The position numbers and the translations under genes were made by a program. The notes under the pieces were generated by a model, which was not told the origin of the DNA, did no database searches, and worked only from the letters and a program-made list of their open reading frames with translations. This document shows, in pieces, positions 1 to 13,253 of a stretch of DNA of 64,000 nt (position 1 is its first letter; each line of letters begins with the position of its first letter). This stretch comes from Entomortierella parvispora E1425 (Eukaryota; Fungi; Mortierellomycota): NCBI GenBank assembly GCA_020891255.1, contig BQFW01000004.1:744001-808000 (forward strand). Reading direction: 5' to 3'.

Positions 1-1127
1 AGGTCCTGTCAACTCAAACCAAAGGGAGACACGACGGCTCTCTCTCTGATGTCAGTCTGTCCATGCAGCGGTGGGCGCACGCTGTTTTTGTGGCCCCGAC
101 AACAGGAGGCTGCAACCGCAGCACTCGCGGGAGGATGGTCCTTACTGCACTCACTACGCCACGGCCCAACACCGTCCCTGCTCACTTGACGGTCGATCAA
201 TTGCAATTTGGTTTTGGCTGGGTAGACTCAGCGACCACCACCGACTCTGACGCTCTGTTGCCACCGCGCCACCGACCCTCGGAGTCGCACTAGCGCGGTT
301 GGTCCTTTGGAGTTGTCTCTTTTCTCCAGTCACCTCGGAGAGACACATTCACCTCCAGGCCTTGGCATCAGGTTCATTCCCCACTGAGACAGAGGCGCAT
401 CGTTCTCTTTGTCTCTTTTTTTTGCTCCAACGAAAGCTTTGGGGGCGAAGCAGGCCATGGTGCGTCGCATGTCCTTCATTTTGGCCATGACGCGCATGTT
501 GCCATGTTACATATGGACGACTGCATTCATGTGCCTGGTCTGAAATGGGAGCCGAGAGAGGCTTTGATGCAATCCTGCCCAACACACCCCGTAAGTAACC
601 ATGCCTAGAGGAAGAAGGGGTGCTCCCTCGTGCGTGTGGTGCTCATCCCCATGCACATCCTCAAGTGACCTCGCTACCGCCCCCTCATCCAGCTGTTCTC
701 CCCCCCGACTGGACCCCTCGTCCCTTCATTTCCCTCGTGCATCCACCCTCCTTCCGCCATTCTCCTCGCTCTCTATAATCTCTTTCTCAATTCTTAAGAA
801 AGCACAGGTACATGCAGTTCAACCCTTGCCCGGACCACCTCGACCAGCCACACAAATCTCCAAGCGAAACTTCAAGCGTTATCGTAATGTCGCATGCATC
901 TCACTCATGCAGTCTCGTCTTCTTCTACATTGGACTTTTTATCTCAGCTAGACCTGAATCGACAAATCTTTCAACTCATTTCGACCTGACCATCCCGATT
1001 CTGGGCAACATTGCCGAGGCATCAGCACCGTAGCGGCACATCACCTTTGGTTGCGCTTGCATCACACAGATTTGGTTCAAACCCCCTTCTGGAATTCACA
1101 CGGCCAAAGGTCTCTCTCCAGTAAACA

Positions 1128-4100
1128 ATGCACCAGTTCCAATCTTTTGGGCCACAAGGCCCTGCTGTAGCCGAGTACGCCTTCCCGAGTGTACTGCAGT
1201 TCTTGCAGTCTGAGTGGCGTCGATTTGAGCGCGACAGGAATGAATGGGATATCGAGAAGGCAGAAATGAAGGTATGGATAGAGATAGGCCTAGTAGATCT
1301 GTTACTCCAGCATGCACTTGCCTTCTATTTCCTCGCCTGGGGGAAATGCAGATGTGCCGAGGACCACTTTGCTTGACCAACTGAGACGACGTACGACAGT
1401 GCGGCATCCTTGAACTCGTCTGCACGACGCTCTTTGGTCCCAGACCCTCTTTCAACTGGTTGTGAAAAAGTGTTGCCATGCATTCAGGATTTTTGACTCA
1501 CAGGTGTAGCTTTGAATTTTTTCTGCTATTCTTCGGCTACCTAAATTTAGGCCAGGATTGCATTCCTCGAGGGCGAGAAGAGAGGCGTGGACAACACGAA
1601 GATGGATTTGATGAAGCGCGTCAAGATGCTGGAGTACGCCCTTCGACAGGAGAGGTAAGCAATCATTGTTTTTATTAGCTTTTTCTTTGTTTTCCCTTAC
1701 ATTTGCACATGACTTGTGATATTTGATGTATTAATTGACCTTGCTGACTTGCTTATTCACAGGAGTAAATATCTCGAGAGCAGTGCGGCTTCTAAGGGCG
1801 GTCCAACGCCACCTAAAGATGCAGCTGGAAACAACGATGGTGCCAACACCAACTCCAAAGCCCTGAATAGAATGTCCACGTACAGTGCATCGGGAAATAG
1901 CATGGCTCAAGTGAGCCCCACAACCGCTACTAGCATGGACCCAGTCGGAAGAGCAAAGAGCAGGGAGTTTCTAAGAATGCAAGTATTTTACTCCTTGTTC
2001 AATAATAGCAGTGCTACGGGTCTGCTATCTACAAGCTCCATGTCTTAACAACAACAACTCTTATGTATCATATGCCATAGTTGTCTACAAGAGATTAGCT
2101 ACCTGACGGCATCCGTTCCACCATCTATCAGCGCTGCTATGCCGCCAGTTCAAAATCGTCTTATTCGTCAGGATTACGATAGAAGGGCTATGGGCCCGAA
2201 TGGAATCCGAGGAGCGGGAGCAAAAAACAGACACAGCGACTTCTTTCCTGCCACCGGTCCAACCCCGGTCCCACCACCAATGCCGCGATCAAACTCTGTA
2301 CCAATAGCCACCCTTCAGTCGATTGCCCATATCAAGCCTTCATCATCAAGCCCTCCCTTGGAGGCTGAGACGATCAAGATGAACGGGAATGCTGGCAGTG
2401 TCATTTCTGGAAACCCGACATTGAAGCAGGCTCAGAGCCCCACAGCGAATGTTCCGTCCAGTGTTCTTGCTGTTGATCAAGAGGCTGTCCACAAGCCAAT
2501 TGGAGCCCGCCCTGAATCTACAACAGAAAAGATGGAGCAGAACGTTATCGTTAGTCCCTCAGAACATATTGACGATGGACATGATGATAGACCAAACGGG
2601 CTTGAAGCATTCCAGCACGAGGAGGCTGTTACGGTGGTGCACTCCCCTATTTCTGGAGAACAATGGAAGGCGGATCTTCGGAAAGCTGGACAAGAGCTCG
2701 CTGAAAGCGCACAGGGAAAGAAGACAAATGCCAAAGTGGAAGATGAAGCTCAACTGGTAAGCTCCTGTATATTCGGGCTGTGTGCAAACGTAGCCTATTT
2801 TATACCTGCTCTGACGCTGTACACATGCTACTTGTCGATAGAGCAAGGATGTCCAGGACAAATTCAAGATATCGCCTGACCGCTTGAATAAGATGGTCAA
2901 GGACTGGGACAAGTCCAAACAGGACACCAACCCTGGTAAAAACTCGATACGGAAAAAGAATAGCAAGGACGAAGGCAGGTTTACAGACCTACTGCAATCC
3001 ACCGCTTTCACCGTATGTAGGTTAACATGTTTACCTTCCCCTGGACCTTTAGGCATGTTGGATGAACTAGCGAGCTTGAATGTTTCTCCAACGGACATGG
3101 TTGATAGCAATGGAGGCACAAAAGAAAGTGACCCTTCCACGGACGAGCCAGCGCGTTGGCGACCCAGAGTAACGCTTAGAAGGTATCTCAATTGAGCTTC
3201 CAAGTTGATGGTTGATATGTCTAAATGTGTGATGCTCACTAAATCGCTAATACGTTGGCCATTAGGCATATGGATGCCGTGCGATCGATTGCTTTCCATC
3301 CAACGCAAAAGTCATTGCTCTCTGGCTCGGAAGATGGCATGGTGAAATATTGGAATCTTGAATCATCACTCCGTGAGTCCAAAAGGTAAGAAGCACCTGG
3401 TGAGCAGCCGCCGCTTTAATCGACATTGTCAAAGTCAGACGGCTAATTACTGTGGACAATTTTAGACCCCCGAATGCCGAACTCGAGGCGATTCACACCT
3501 ATCGGGGACACACAAAACCTGTAACTGCTGTAGCTATCTCAGCGGACCAGGGAAAGTGCTTCTCCGCCAGCATGGACTCGACAGTTCGGTCGTGGAAGCT
3601 TGTCCCTTTGAATAAGGAGACCTATGCTCGTCTTGGTACGGCTTGTGAAACGCTGTAATGGTTTCGCATCTGCCAGTTTTGTTGACGCCTAACCTGTTCT
3701 GCCTCATTTCCTTAGATCCAACGCTGTCGCTTTCTTCATTTATTGGTCACACCGATTCCGTATGGGATATCAAACTCTTCCCTATCTCAGTATCCTCATC
3801 GCAGTTATTGGCTTCTATTTCTGCTGACGGAGCACTCAAAATCTGGGACACGGAAACAAAGGGTTCTCCTCTTAGATCTTCATGGGGATACCATGGGTTA
3901 GAGGCGTCGGAATTGGCAGAACCTACAGAGGCTTATACCTCAGGATTGGCTAAACTTCCAGTACCAACAAGCCTTGATTTCTGTCCTACAGATCTCAAGA
4001 AGATGATCGTAAGCTATTCCAACTCGGTCATAAAGCTCTTCGATATCGAAACTGGGAAGGAAATTCTCGCGTTCAAGAGCAACGAGACTTATGGTAACGA

Positions 4101-4548
4101 ATCGTGACGCTGGCATTACTGTAAACATATTCAACTTCATTTTGGCTGACAATCTTGTAACATTATAGACGGAACAACCTCAACACAGATCAACAAGGTC
4201 GTCTGCCATCCAACCATGCCCATTGTAGTATCTGGACACGAAGATCGATACATTCGATTCTTTGACATCAACTCTGGCGCGTGCTCGTTCTCGATGCTGT
4301 CACATTTGGATGCTGTCTCGTCTCTGGATATTGACCCTGCTGGGTTGGTCCTTTGCTCAGGAGGCCACGATGGCTCTGTTCGTCTGTGGGATCTTGCCTC
4401 GGCTACTCGACCGTGTCTACAGGAGTTCACAGGACATCGTCGTAAGGGAAACGAGGGTGTCACCACGGTCAAGTACCACCCCACCTTGCCAGGACTGCTG
4501 GCCACTGGAGGGGCAGATTCAATCGTCAAAGTTTATACCCGCAGTTAA
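1128..4548 (+). CDS. Striatin-family WD40 protein (STRIPAK scaffold / PP2A B''' subunit, Far8/Pro11-like), multi-exon
   Basis: Spliced N-terminal striatin domain (VLQFLQSEWRRFERDRNEWDIEKAEMK|ARIAFLEGEKRG...KMLEYALRQER). C-terminal WD40 repeats (HMDAVRSIAFHP, GHTKPVTAVA, GHTDSVWDIK, GGHDGSVRLWD, GGADSIVKVY). GT-AG introns at 1272 and elsewhere; stop at 4546-4548. Confidence 0.93.
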
Positions 4549-4834
4549 GAGTCAGTGGATCCACATTCTCGTTCCAAGTTAAGAGACCAGGTCTTTGGCG
4601 CACGAGCGAACAAAGATGAAGGAAATTGGATCTATAGAGGTTGTGCGTTTTGCGTCTTTGCCTTGATTGCCTTGATTTTGTCACCCTATTTGTTGTTTTG
4701 CTCCTTCGCACCATTCACTTTCCCAATAAAAGAAATAATTGTTTTTTTTCTGCTTGTTTTTGAGAATCAAAATCGGCTGTTCCTGGGGGTTTCTCTTGCT
4801 TCCTCGTTCCTTTTCCTTTCATGTCTTCCACGCT

Positions 4835-6967
4835 ATGACCGATCACACCAGTGCTCCATCCACCGCGCTTCAGTTCTTTCACTGCAACAAATGTTTCCGA
4901 ACAGACCCTGTAACCGCCATCCCGTATTGGCTGACTAGCTGTGGTCATGTTGTTTGTGAACTCTGTCTTCGTCAGAACAAAAGCAACGGCATCAGCCACG
5001 GGAAAAGCGGCTCCTATCAAACCGGCGACCACCTTCAAACCTCTCGTGAACGACCAGCCAGCCCAGGCCCGTTACGATCTACTGGTGAGGGGTCTTGCTT
5101 AGCATTCCGTATATCCTTCAGCTCTCAAGCTGGCAGACATAGCTGACTATTGCTTACATCATTTTATTCTTTCCTTTTTCTTTCTGAAATAAGATACTGA
5201 TCAGGTTGCCTGCCCCATATGTCATTCGCAGTGTGAGTGTATGAAAGTCTCTGCGAACGTGGTACGTGGGACTACTGGGAAGACCTATGCCATTTCTCCC
5301 CCCCCCCCCTTTTTTTTTTTGAGGTCTTCTCAAAAAGCTAAAATTTAATGCTGTTGTTTAGGATGACCTGCCACCAAGAATACAACCGTTCTTCAGATCA
5401 CCGCAGACACTATGCTATGACACGATGGATGCATGGAAGGTATGAGCGGTGTTCAATGTCAAGGAACAGAATCTTGACGATGGAGAACCATTCTTCCAAG
5501 TCTAAACTGGACCATTTCATTTATTTTAGTTTCAGGAAGACAATTTCACAAGCTTGCTCCAACATCTGCGAAACAAGACGACACGACAACACGAAATACT
5601 TTTGAAAGCTCGGACAGAGATGCAGAACATGAAGACCATGAAGAGGTAGCATTTTGTGATGGTTTCTCCGAACTGCGTCTAAGTGCAACCAGCCAACCTG
5701 CGTGATACTGACAACTGGCATTTTGCCGTCTTCATTAGCGAGATCAGAGCTTTAAAAGAGGAGAATGAGAGACTGAAAAAAGAGCTGGACCGAAAAGATC
5801 AATGTAACCGTCAGCCTGCCAACATCTTGCCGAAAAGCGGAATGGATCCAAGTTCAGGAACGAAATCAACGTCGAAATCAGGATCACATTCGATGCAGAT
5901 CATGACTACCGGCAAATTAGGTGATCAAGAAAACAAGAGGCCACCAGTCCCATCTCACACGCGTCATAGAGACCGCAGCGCCGCACAAATGACAGACGCC
6001 CGAGACAACTGCGCGGATAACACTTATGGCGAGGCCAAGTCCACAAAAGGACACTACGCGAACCCATCGAGGTATGTTTGTCATGATTCCGTACCGGTAA
6101 ATCATCAGGCTAGGGGAGAAAACCATGTTAATATCTATCCATATCTGCTACAGAACACGGTCGCTTGCTTCCAACGCCAGCAGCATCAAGTCATCTCGTG
6201 CAGTAAGTTCACCACTGTTATTACGAAGGGCGTTGGTCCACAGAGGGGATTTCTAACTTGTAACTTGTAACTTTTGTTAGATCGGTGTCACTCCCAGAAC
6301 TCCTATTCCGCCAGCTCGATTGTCATTGCCGTCCCATAATGGCACCCTCTGCTCGCCCAGCACCATAAGGAGGGCGCCGCTTGAAAACATGTACAATCCT
6401 CAAGCCTCCACCACAGTTCGTCCTATTCATCCACTGCAGCAGCATACTACAGATCCTAGAATACAGTACGCGCTAGCGGGTCCATCGGCACCATCTTTAC
6501 AAATGTACCCTCAGGCTACATCAACACAGCACCGCCCTGTGGCACAGGTTGCATTGGGCAGAGGGTATCACTCATCGCCTTTCGTGGCCTCTGCTGATCC
6601 AGTGTATGGAACAAGACCTGCCAACTCAGTGGCTAGTAGTGTCATGGCTCCTCCACCGCCACCTACAGTTCGTCAGATCTTTACTCCAGCACAACAAATA
6701 GGATATAGTGGAAGATTGGTGGTGAGTTCGATGCAGCCTGTAGGAGTGCCCGCTCATCCTATTTCGTATCCAGGAGGGGTAAATTCTCAATATTATAATC
6801 CACGAACAAAGGCGATTCGGTCTGCCGTGCAGGGCCACAGAACAACGTGGCAACAGCAGCAGCAGACGCAACAGCAGCTTCAGCAACAATTTAGGCATCA
6901 GCAGATGCAGCAAATGCAGTCCAATACGATCCTCGACCATCCATTGCCAAGAGGTCGAGCTAGTTAG
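4835..6967 (+). CDS. Zip3/RNF212-like meiotic RING protein (RING + coiled coil + disordered tail), multi-exon
   Basis: Reconstructed FHCNKCF...YWLTSCGHVVCELC...ACPICHSQC|DDLPPRIQPFFRSP..DAWK|FQEDNFTSLLQHLR, followed by a coiled coil (EIRALKEENERLKKEL). This matches the RNF212/Zip3 layout (CNxCF..LTxCGHxxC; ending FQ). ATG at 4835. Confidence 0.78.
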
Positions 6968-7191
6968 TCCAGGACAGAAACCTCCTTCAGTTGCACATCA
7001 GATAAAAGTTCAAGTTGAGAGTTGAATAGGTTGAAAAAGACTTTGGAAAGAGTTTATATAGATAAAAATACACATACAGAGGGAAAACAAAAAAAAAAGG
7101 AACGGAAGAATGGGTATCTGTCTAAAAGAGTCGCGAGGGGTAGGGGGCAGAACTGATCTTCCTCACGATTCGTTAATCATCCTCGAGGGTT

Positions 7192-9334
7192 TTAGTTGCA
7201 AAGGACACCATCATCACCGCATCCAACCCGAACCAAGCCTCCGTTGACACCAGATATGGTCAGGGCGGCGTTGGCGAGACCGGCAATACCGACACCAGCA
7301 ATCAAACCGGCGGCGACAGAGTACATCATGTTCTCATGAGAGGACTTGTTGACGCGCTTCCAGATCTGACCAGAGATCCAACCGACAGCCATAGCAATGG
7401 GGATAGCGGGGGAGGGGTTGATGAAACCAAGACCGATGGCGTTCAAGTTCAACCAGTAAGGTCTAATGTGAACAGGGACGAACTTCACGCGGATGATAAC
7501 ATTGACGACAGCGAGGCAGGAGAGAACAATGGTCAAGATCATGGAGTAATGGGGGATGGTTCCACCACCGGTCAAGATCAAGCAAACATTGGCCCAGGCG
7601 TTGACAGAGGGAACATCGAAGGGGCAATTCTTGATAGTAGCATCCAAGACACATGGGTAGGCCTCGGTGTACAGCATGAAGAGAGGGACGGCAATGACAA
7701 TGGCAAAGGCGGATCCGATCAACTGAGCCCAGAACATGGCGCGAGGAGCAGCACCCACCAAGTGGCCAGTCTTGAGATCACCGACCATATCGACAGCCTG
7801 GGAACAGACAGAGGCAGAGATGTTGGCGCACATGAGGTTGGTCTTCTGGACGACGCGGATATCAGGGTTGGGGATGCGGGAGAAGACCAACTGGGTGACC
7901 TTGGCGACGGCACCAGTAGGGTTGATATCAGTCTCACCAGAGGCTTGAAGACCGACGAAGGCAAGGAAGAAGGAGAGGATAATGGCACCGATGGTGGCGT
8001 AGACGGGAACATTGAAGTTGAACCACATGACCAAGATAGTGAAGACGCCTGACAAAAGAAGACCGCCGACCCACCACGAAGTAGGGATCAACTCGTGCTC
8101 GGGGGTGAGATCCTTGGAAACGTAAGTGCTGGTGTTGGCGACCTCCTCCTTCTTCTGGAGCTTGCGGATAGAGTTGCGAGCAGAGCGGACACCACCCATG
8201 ACGGCGTGAGCCAAAGCGGGACCTTGAGCACCCAACTCGGAGAAAGCAGTGAAGACCATCATGGCAACACCAGGCCAGAGGAACCAAGACTGAGCGGAAC
8301 CAACAGCAGGAGGTTCGGGGAAACCACCACGACCGGTCAAGTAACCAGAAGCAGTCATCAAAGGACCGGCAATACCGAAGGCAATCAACTCTCCGAGACA
8401 GAAGGAGAAGACAGTGTTTCCGGGGGTCATCAAACCAGCGCCAAAGAAGGAGAAGTCCCAGGAGAAGTACCAGCCCCAGGCCCTGTCAGCGTTCATCATG
8501 GCCTGGTAACCAGCGGCCTTTCCAATGTAGTACAAAAAATGGATCGAGCCAAAAATACCAGGGATGAAGAAACCAGTGATGGCCCAGACCATGGCAGTAA
8601 CGAAGGAAGTGATCATAGCGCGACCGGAATTACGGGCATCGCGGGCGGCGGCGGAGCCGGACTTGTGGAGCGACTTGATGGTCTCGGCGGCAGCACGAGG
8701 AGTGGGGAAGACCAAATCCTGGTTGATGACGAAGTGAGATCGGAGAGGAACGGCGAAGAACATGCCGAAGAAGGCAGCAGAGGCAGTCCAGAGCAAGAGA
8801 GCGACAAAGTCATCCTTGGGAGTGCTATCACCCATCAGACCCATACGGTACATGGCAGGGACGGCAGTAACGAAGCCGTTGGACAAACCACCAGCAGAGG
8901 TGGCAGCAGCCTGGCAGACTGTGTTCTCCTTGGGACCAAAGACAGTGCCGGTCATTCTGGAGATGGACTTGAGGATCAAGAAACCGAAGATTGAACCCCA
9001 AAGGGCAGCTCCGAAACTCCAACCGATCTTCAGACCCAAGTACAGGTTGGAAGCAGCGACGACACACCCGAGCAAAGAGCCGACAAGGGCAGCGCGCCTG
9101 TGAAAAGGAGAGTAGGAAAATGAAGACTGATCAGAAATTCTGTTTGACAGAGATGTTGTTGCAGGAGGAAAGATGTGGATGGCTCCATTGACCTTACCAG
9201 GTGAACTGATGCTCCTCATGGACGTATTCGTCCTCCATGTTTTCTTCCTCAACAGGGATAGAGTTGTCAGCGGGGATCTTCTCCCCGGGAAAAGCATCGA
9301 CATATTCAGTCTTTTCGTCGGTATGGTGAGCCAT
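7192..9334 (-). CDS. OPT-superfamily oligopeptide/metal-chelate transporter (YSL-like clade)
   Basis: Exon 1 9334-9198 (MAHHTDEK...HQFTW), intron 9197-9098, exon 2 9097-7192. Motifs QFTWRA, ASNLYLGLKIGW, FGPKENTVCQAAA, LVFPTPRAAA, QASGETDINP, DMVGDLKTGHLVG; many TM helices. Confidence 0.92.
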
Positions 9335-10029
9335 GATGGTATAAAAGTGTTTTTTGTACTTCGCGAGAAAGAGAGAGAAAATGGAAAGTGAAATGAGAGG
9401 CGTGAGATGGATGCGGAGGGGGATGAGAATGTGAAAATAATATGAGTGGGATGTAGTGGTTCAATGCTGGACAAGGAGACAAAAGCTGGAGGGACCATCC
9501 TTCTTTTATACTCTAGTTCCCATGATCCTTTTTTTGAAATTAGGAACCATGTTCAGGGGAAAGACAAAGTTGACAAGTTAATTCTCATGGTTGTACTCTT
9601 CAGTCAAATGTAAAAAATAAGAATGAGACCGCGGCGAGAACTAGACCGCTCTATGGTTGAGTCTCATCTTGGGTCAATCCCAAGCCTGTTGGTCGTTGGT
9701 AGAGCTAGTGTCAGGGTGTGTCTCCTCTGCAAGAAAGACTCACACACGACACAGAGGAGTGGAGGTGAGGGTGGCACCTCGTTGATTCACTACCTCATCT
9801 ATATGACGGATGAAGAAGATCCCCCCTTGCAGATTGCGTTACGGAAGGCCAGTGCACCAGGGTCTAGGGCGGACGGCTGCACAATGCAGTCTTGTTTTTC
9901 TTTCTTCCGAGCGCGACAGAACTCTAAAATGTCTGGCCATTTCAGCTTGTTCATGGGAAGAAAGAAAGGAAGCCTCGAAAGTGTCACATAGAGTCCCTAT
10001 GATGTCTGGGGACCAGATGTGAGCTCTGT

Positions 10030-11420
10030 GTCTCACCCTCGTAACAGCCAATCAGGCCTGGAACCAGAGGGTCTTCCTGGAATTCTTACCGAGAATGAGA
10101 ACATCATTGGTGGACCTTGATCCAGCATCAGGTTCGAGTTCTCTACCTCTGTGTGGACCATCCCTTCTTCGAGTCAGTCGCTTACGATTTTTCAACTGCT
10201 TCCCAGCACTCCGTATCCTTGACAATCCGTACCCTCATTTTGGTACCCGGGTCTTTCTTTTTCAAGCGAGCCATGCCATCATCCCGGTTCAGCTTGGAAA
10301 CAAAAGAACAGAAGAGATGGAAAACAGGCGCCTAGGCTCACATGCCATCTCAATCCTCCTGGATGTCCTCCTGGCCACTCATATTCTCCTTTGTCTGTCA
10401 GAGATTTCACCATAGGCTTCCATTTGTTCGAAGTCTTCACTTGTCGTCTGATATCGCTGGGACGAGAGATGAGTGGAAGCGGAATGGCAGTGTAAGAGAA
10501 TCTTGTTCATTCACCGCCTTTACAGATACATCGGATCATCAATAAACCAGATCGTCTCAATTGGCAGCGATCATCTTCCAGCTTCCCGAGATTTAGGTAT
10601 GAACATGAACAACATAGTCAATGGATCTAGGCTGTTTCAAGCCTCAGCTTTCAGCGCTCGATTTCTCTAAGTATAATATGTCCAACATTTCGACAAATCA
10701 TCTAGCCTATAACCCGCTTTCACACGGTATGTTCCTGGGAACATGCTTCGAGCAGTAGCCCACTATAGCGTACATACTGGGGAAAAAGGATGCACCTATC
10801 ACTCATGAGATTTTGTAACAAGGTTTGGGGTTGTTCCTTTCAGCTCAGTGTACGACCCTGGGAATAATTGTGCCAGGTCGGATACACAGCTTTATCTTCC
10901 ATGCTTACACTCCCATGATCCTCTTGAGCATATATCAAAGCAACTTGCCCTGCTCCAGGTCAAAAACATAAAAAAAAGGAATGGAAGGCAACCTTTGGTC
11001 AAGCTTCAAGTTTCCCGTCTTCGCGTTAAACGAGTGTTCACTTTGCAGGCAGAGTTCACCACAGTGGCAGATCCAACCTCTCGTAATCAAATGGAGGTTA
11101 TATCAGACATCTGCAGACGCCGACCCAAAACGCAGGTAAAGGCAGTTCGAGACAGGGAGAAACACAAAGAAAGTCCTTGACAGCCAAAGTGTAATTAGAG
11201 GGTTTATTTGGTGTTCCCTCACTTCTGATGACGCTCAATGAGGTGAGAGATAGCACGCGCTCGGGTTGGAAAAAAAAGGTTGAGGTTCAAGACAAATTGC
11301 AGGTTTTCAGTCTCCAAAGAGAGGACGGAATGGAGCAACCTTGGTTTGCCACCAACATCATTCGGAGAATATTCCGACAGGGTGAAATGACAATGTTGCA
11401 CAGAAGAGGTCCCAGAGTTT
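10030..11420 (+). pseudogene. Possible decayed F-box/LRR-like gene relic
   Basis: Short frames in register with LRR/F-box-like fragments (CLTLVTANQAWN, FNCFPALRILD, LPFVRSLHLS, EVISDICRRRP), broken by stops and frameshifts. Weak, by-eye evidence only. Confidence 0.2.
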
Positions 11421-11886
11421 ATCGCTCCGGATTCAAATAGGAACCGAGACTTGAATCGAGAGTCCTAGAGTCCTCTCGTTTACTTTGCCTCGGCCTTGCT
11501 CTGCGACGACATTGCTTGCTTTCCATTCTCTGCTCGCGTGGACTCAGGGGTCCGGTACCTTGCTGGCTAAGCTCAGGAGACCATAACTCACGTAAACGCG
11601 TACATTGGTCTACAAGGTGTGGCACACAAGTGTTTTTCTCGAATAGCATTGGTTTTTTCTGTGCACAAATCTCGAAAGTAAAAATTCGCTGTTTTGATGA
11701 AAAAGGTTCACGCTGTTGCTGACCTGCTACAAAGAGAAATGGCCAACTGTTCTTCTTGTGGCTCTCATTCTTTATCTCTTTCGCTGACACACTGCTGGAC
11801 CTTATCAAGTCGCGGTCCTTGCACAAAGAACATCAAATCTACGAAAGATCATCCTAGACGGACCATCGTAGTTAGCTGGCTTCAAC

Positions 11887-11917
<31 letters not shown>

Positions 11918-11979
11918 AAAGAAAAAGATATTATTAGTCTATATAGACTAATAGTATGCAAAATTTGTGGAGGGAGGTT

Positions 11980-13222
11980 TTAATTGAACTTTGGCTTTGT
12001 GGACCTCACAATAGATGGAGGTGGAAGGTTGTTGATGGTGGGTGACGGTGGCGGTTGAGGCGAGGATGAGGGTGATTCAATAATCGAAGGTCGAGAGAGA
12101 TCGGCCATGGGACGATAGGCCACTGCTGCAGCGGATGAAGCTGGAGAGACAGGAGGAGAGAACCCATCGGCCTGAAGTTGGGCCGCTCCTGCTGCTGGAG
12201 CAATTCTTGTTGCAGGGTGATGAATCAAAGGCGAGGCCATCCTACTCGTACCTCCATCCACGGAGGATGAAGCATCGCCGTGAAGTTTGAAGCTGTATTC
12301 CTCCTTGTCGTCCGTCCTTTCCAAGTACTCCTCCGTACCAATTGTAGGCAAAAATTCTCCAATGGTGGCCTGGCGTGTGAGGGTTGTTCGAGGTGCTTGA
12401 TGTTCCTTTGAAGGTGATTGAGGGGCTCCAGAGTCTGTCGTACCCAATGGATAGCTCTGTCGTTGCTGGCTTGGATGATAAGGACTTGGTGTCGCTCTTG
12501 CAGATCCTGATTCCGATGCTGCTGCTGCTGCGGCTTTGGCGCTCGGTAATGGCTCTAAAACAACATCGCTGCCGACGATGACAATCTCAGACTCATCCCT
12601 AATATGTTGATTGGCTCTTTGTCCGTTCATGACTTCTTCCTTATCGACCAAGTAGCGGGGTTGGTTCTTGGGCCGATCCTTTTGTCCTGCCAGACGGTCG
12701 TGGTATCCTGGAGTGCGCTTGTACTCTTCAAACTCCTCAGAGGTCATGGTGTTTGCCATATCCTCTACCAAAGGCGTCACTGGTCGCAAAGGCTGTTGAT
12801 CCTGGGCCCTTTCCGACATGGTGCGAAGAGATTGGAACCTTTGATCCTGATTTTCATAGTTGAGGACAGAGCTCAAGAAATCCCCACCGAGATTCAAATC
12901 CAAGGGTGGCGGTGCCGAGGCTCGAGATTCAGGTCGCTGATCATCCGTAGCTGCAGCCGCCGCAGCCGCTGCAACTGCTGCCCTAACTCGAGCTGCTTCT
13001 TCATCATCTTCTGAATCCGGGACGATTTTAAATAGGCCCTGGCCGAGAAGGGGGCGCGACGCGTCTCCTGGAAGAAAGACGGAAGTAGATTCTGGAGTCG
13101 CAGATCGAGCTGACGCAGTAGGAGGTGGAGGAAAGGCAACTGGATGTTGCTGTTGCTGTTGTGCCTGGTACTGCTGTTGCTGTTGTGCCTGGTACTGCTG
13201 TTGCTGCTGTTGCTGCTGGTAA

Positions 13223-13253
<31 letters not shown>

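Noticed and set aside
1-1100. Short ORFs at the window start
   Set aside because: No recognisable domain or consistent splice structure; probably promoter or intergenic sequence upstream of striatin.
2975-3052. Second possible GC-AG intron in striatin
   Set aside because: A canonical in-phase GT donor exists at 2936 (G|GTAAAA), giving a normal 117-nt intron.
5111-5118. ATATCCTT resembling a U12-type 5' splice site
   Set aside because: It lies inside a normal GT-AG intron of the RING gene rather than at an exon boundary.
7336-8994. Long antisense ORFs (238 and 299 aa) opposite the OPT gene
   Set aside because: They mirror the sense codons of a strongly codon-biased gene (few TTA/CTA/TCA codons means few antisense stops), and their composition is not protein-like.
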